Source: Scyliorhinus canicula (lineage: Eukaryota). Taken from it: a stretch of 64,000 bases of DNA. Location: contig NW_024055461.1 of NCBI RefSeq assembly GCF_902713615.1, forward strand, positions 2,672,345 to 2,736,344, written 5' to 3'. Shown here one piece after another: positions 59,595-64,000 of the stretch (its first letter is position 1; each line of letters opens with the position of its first letter). The position numbers were made by a program, and so were the translations under genes. The notes below the pieces were generated by a model. The model was given only the letters and a program-made list of their open reading frames with translations. It had not been told where the DNA came from and made no database searches.

Positions 59595-61064
59595 GTAAGA
59601 CCCATACGTTTATTCAGCAACTGTTCTATTTTGTCCTTGTTTTATATTTGTCTCCATTTTACGAATCCATTCGTTCACTAAAAGAGGTTTGGTGGATTAT
59701 GTGTTGAGATGTTTTTTTGCCATATATCATGTGAATTTGTTGAGAAGGGGGGTTATCCAATTCTGCAGTTTCCTGAAAAAAGGTCCTGATGAGGTATTCA
59801 GTCCCTGGTTGTTGCGATTTGTGTTTATGTGTGGGGGACATTGTGTGGCCGGGTTACTTTGATGCCTGGTGAACAGCTTGGCAGGTTTATTGTGTCTGAT
59901 CTCAGTGACATCTGATTGCTAGTCTGTCCTGATCTAATGCAAATTGTAAATGCTTAAATATGGTTTAAATATGATTGTTGTCAGTAAGATTTAGCCGTTA
60001 GATTTTTGCTTTCAGATATTTCGTGATAATCTAATTGTCGTCTTTTAATCAATGCCCATTGATGCTTATATGCAATATTGCAAAGTTCAAAGTAATTATT
60101 CCGATACATGTATATACAAAGGTATCATTTACATAGTGGTTACATTGTGGTTCTAAAACCAGATGTTAATAAAGAATTATAACGTCACAATGTTGACTTA
60201 CTGATCATTTTCCGTCGGTGCACAATGGTATTGTCAATATTCCCAATCTCTGATATTTTAATTATGTATTCGTTCTGCTTTGTCAGTGGATTCTAAATTG
60301 TCATTTCCTTGAAATGCTATATTGATACAACTGGAAGAGCACCTTTAGAATTATGTTGCTGCTCTTTGAAGCGATGTGAGGTGCGGTTCAGCCCGGCAGT
60401 GATGTTATTTGTTGTTAGCCGTTGAGTAGAGTGTGTGTCGGAGCTGTTTCTAATGAGAAATACTTTTGAAACTGTTGGGCTTTTTTGCATTCTGTAGCAT
60501 ACTGTTGCATCTATTTAAAGCGATTTGTCGCAGGTCGGTTCCAGAAAAAAAATTCAGTTATGGTATATTAGTCCATGATTTAAATAATAGTGAACATTGC
60601 ACGTTGTACGATTAAGCATTTATTCAGTACGTGAATTATGATTACAATCCTAATCTGCATAATTAGCAGATTTGCTCCTTGGGGAGTAAAATTAACATAA
60701 TTCAAAGCATTTAAATGTAGCAAGTCATCCGGATGTTAACCAAAGACATATTTTATTAATATTCTTTCGTTAGGGTGGCACGTGGCGCACTGGTTAGCAC
60801 TGGGACTACGGCGCTGAGGACCTGGGTTCCAAGGTCACTGTCCGTGTGGAGTTTGCACATTCTCCCCGTTCTGCGTGGGTTTCAACCCCAGAACCCAAAG
60901 ATGTGCAGGTTAGGTGGATTGGCCATGTTAAATTGGCCCTTAATTGGAAAAATAATAATAATTATGAAAAAAATATATTCATTCGTTAATACTTTATCAT
61001 TTATTATAATTCTGTGGTTCACTGTGCACAATTAAAGCATGAGGAATTCTATGTTCATTGTTCT

Positions 61065-61935
61065 TTGAAAGTTGCCACTCAAGTGGATAGAGCTGTGAAG
61101 AAGGCCTATGGTGTGCTAGCGTTCATTAGCAGAGGGATTGAATTTAAGAGCCGTGAGGTGATGATGCAGCTGTACAAAACCTTGGTCAGGCCACATTTGG
61201 AGTACTGTGTGCAGTTCTGGTCACCCTCATTTAGGAAGGATGTGGAAGCTTTGGAAAAGGTGCAAAGGAGATTTAACCAGGATGTTGCCTGAATGGAGAG
61301 TAGGTCATACGAGGAAAGATTGAGGGTGCTGGGCCTTTTCTCATTGGAATGGAGAAGGATGAGGGGCGACTTGATAGAGGTTTATAAGATGATCAGGGGA
61401 ATAGATAGAGTAGATAGTCCAGAGACTTTTTCCCCGGGTGGAACACACCATTACAAGGGGACATAAATTTAAGATAAATGGTGGAAGATATAGAGGGGAT
61501 GTCAGAGGTAGGTTCTTTACCCAGAGAGTAGTGGGGGCATGGAATGCACTGCCTGTGGTAGTAGTTTGAGTCGGAAAATTATGGACCTTCAAACGGCTAT
61601 TGGATAGGTACTTGGATTAGGGTAGAATAAGGGAGTGTAGGTTAACTTCTTAAGGGCAGCACGGTAGCATTGTGGATAGCACAATTGCTTCACAGCTCCA
61701 GGGTCCCAAGTTCGATTTCGACTTGGGTCACTGTCTGTGTGGAGTCTGCACATCCTCCCCGTGACTGCGTGGGTTTCCTCCGGGTACTCCGGTTTCCTCC
61801 CACAGTCCAAAGATGTGCAGGTTGGGTGGATTGGCCATGACAAATTGTCCAAAATTCTATGATTAACCTAGGACAAAAGTTCGGCGCAACATCGTGGGCC
61901 GAAGGGCCTGTTCTGTGCTGTATTCTCTATCTATC
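61065..61935 (+). mobile_element. copy of the CR1 3' fragment + SINE of 33460-34335
   Basis: Part of the 11-kb duplication. Confidence 0.9.
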
Positions 61936-64000
61936 TAAACAAATTCTAGACTGAAGCAAATTTCAAATTGTGTCTGAAATTCTTTCAATACAAACAAACT
62001 GTTTTTTGTGTTTTGTGAGGGCTTTGAATCAATTGATTTATCCCTGATCACGGGAGCTGAATTAAAGTTTGCAGTTACTTGGAACATAAAAATGAGTTAT
62101 ATATTTCCGTAAATAGCCTGTTCTTAAACATTTGGCAGCTGTTACGGCCACACTATTCCTTCAACACCTTTGCGAATTACGAGCAATTAAATAAGTTTTT
62201 AAATTCTGAAAGCTGAACATCGTTATTTCGTCATATTATTTTTTAAATTGTAGAAAGATAAAGGTAGCCTAAGACTAACAAATAAACACCTGCAATTCAG
62301 GCAGACTAATATAATTACTCAAGGTTAAACATAATTTTAATTTAATGACAATATCTTGTCTCGCAAAGCTATGCTGCGCATAGGATAGAATTATGGGAGA
62401 AGAAATAAATAAAATCAACCTTAACATTTAATTCTTCTGAAATAATAAATTGAATCACAGCATCTCAACTCCATTTGCTCCGAGGTTTCCGTGACACTGA
62501 TGATCTGAATGAATTGTCCCCTTTCAGTTCTACCCTGTTCATTTGGACCTGCTTTCAATAAGCCACACAATATATTTACAACTCATTTAGAGCGACTCCG
62601 AGAATTAGAGGAGGATTATATAAAAGATTGTTATCACAAAACAGCAGCACCGTTACTGATTACAAACTCTCCAACTGTGCATATTTTGTTATGACTCAGT
62701 ATGCAATTTAATCTGGAAAGTCCTAATTTAACAAAACAGACCATTTAAGAAACCATTCTAGGTGCGATATAATTCAGGCCAGATTTCAAAATATGTGCAA
62801 TTTTACGCATTTTGTGAAATACTTTCTGATAATGTACTGAATTTATGATATATCAATGTGTTCATAAAATAGGGAGAGTCGGTTTAAAAAAGGCAGGCGA
62901 ATGCATTGTTCATTATAAATTATTCAAATCTAATTATATAAAGTAAAAAATAATATTTATTTCTGAACATTACTTGTAATAATGTGATTGTTTTGCTTAA
63001 CACAAATTAATGCTATATTAATTGAACTAGTCACGTTATTTTACTAAGTTCAGGAAGAAATTGGTTTTCAAATGTTATTATTATATAACAAAATTAGTTA
63101 AAAATAGCATTAACTTGCAATGAAATATTAGCGCTGATTACATCAACCCAAGTGACCTCTCAAAATTGAGTACACACTGAGCAGAATTACAGTGAGTGTA
63201 AAATCTCAACTGTTGAAGATAACTTATATCTGTATTTTAAATAAATTTTGATAGCAATGCTTTCTACTCAGCTGTGTTCAGGTCGATAAAGTATTTCGTT
63301 TTATTGATCTTATTGGTTATTTTTTAAAATACATTTAGAGTACCCAATTGTTATTTTTTCCAATTAAGGGTCAATTTAGAGTGGCCAATCCACCTAACCT
63401 GCACATCTTTGGGTTGTGGGGCTGAAACCCTCGCAGACATTGTGAGAATGTGCAAACTCCACACGGACATTGACCTAGGTAATGAACTCGAACCCGGGTC
63501 CTCAGCGCCGCAGTTTTACTTTATACAATTAGATTTGAATAATTTATAATGAACAATGCATTCGCTTGCCTTTTTTAACCGACTCTCCCTATTTTATGCT
63601 AACCACTGCGCCACATGCCGTCTTCATTGGTTATTTTCAATTGCGAAATCATATCAATTGAGCCGGTAATCTGTTGTAAATATGAATATTCCCTGGTTGC
63701 TTCATAGTTGCTATGTTACTGAGTCCCGGTTATGAACATCAGGTTGCCCAGAATCTGTAATAAATAATACTGCACTACAAATAAGAAAAATTAAATTTTA
63801 CAAAGTTTTCAATGTTCCAAAGAGCAGCGTCTGTTCTGATCAGACAAAAGGCTGGGGGTTGTTTTGATAACATGTATGCAGAATGTCCAATAACGTGCTT
63901 CAAATAATCAGCAAGGGAACCTGATATTTGGAACAATTATTTCGATCGATTCTTTGAAGAACGGCCACAGGCAGGAAAAGACTCGAATGAAATGCACTGG

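Larger units (their letters stand above)
52848..64000 (+). repeat. 11.15-kb direct near-copy of 25224-36391 (includes L1 ORF1/CR1 chimera, SINEs, VH, JH, CR1 and J-C intron)
   Basis: Colinear from gcctcctgggctgtc (25224/52848) to gaaatgcactgg (36391/64000); differences are mostly 1-bp indels. Confidence 0.97.

Overview
Eukaryotic, TE-rich genomic DNA from a cartilaginous fish. The taxon is inferred from HE1/V-SINE-like SINEs, shark-type CR1/L1/Penelope repeats and shark IgM sequence; a catshark-like source is a guess. (i) 1-10.5 kb: C2H2 zinc-finger territory, with the 3' end of one ZNF, two decayed tRNA-Val copies, two Penelope fragments carrying minimal hammerhead-ribozyme motifs, a CpG-island promoter with a mirrored module, and a ZNF with a homogenised 168-bp two-finger repeat and a premature stop. 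(ii) 10.5-30 kb: nested SINE/CR1/L1 insertions, including a 3-kb CR1 and a 5.9-kb L1-clade element fused to a CR1 ORF1 remnant. (iii) 30.8-45.2 kb: one shark-type IgM heavy-chain cluster (leader, VH, JH, CH1-CH4, secretory tail). Its VH is followed by 28 extra junction-like nt and a 12-bp-spacer RSS, faces a 23-RSS JH, and has no free D segments, so it appears to be a germline pre-joined VD(D)-J gene needing only one RAG joining. CH1, CH3 and the tail carry single-base indels at homopolymers (assembly error or pseudogene). No TM exon was found. (iv) 45.6-52.7 kb: a 50-bp minisatellite invaded by a SINE, which is itself split by a full-length L1 with a 14-16 bp TSD. (v) A 100-N gap, then an 11.15-kb noisier near-copy of 25224-36391 containing a second VD(D)-J with the same junction. 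All coordinates and alignments were read by eye.
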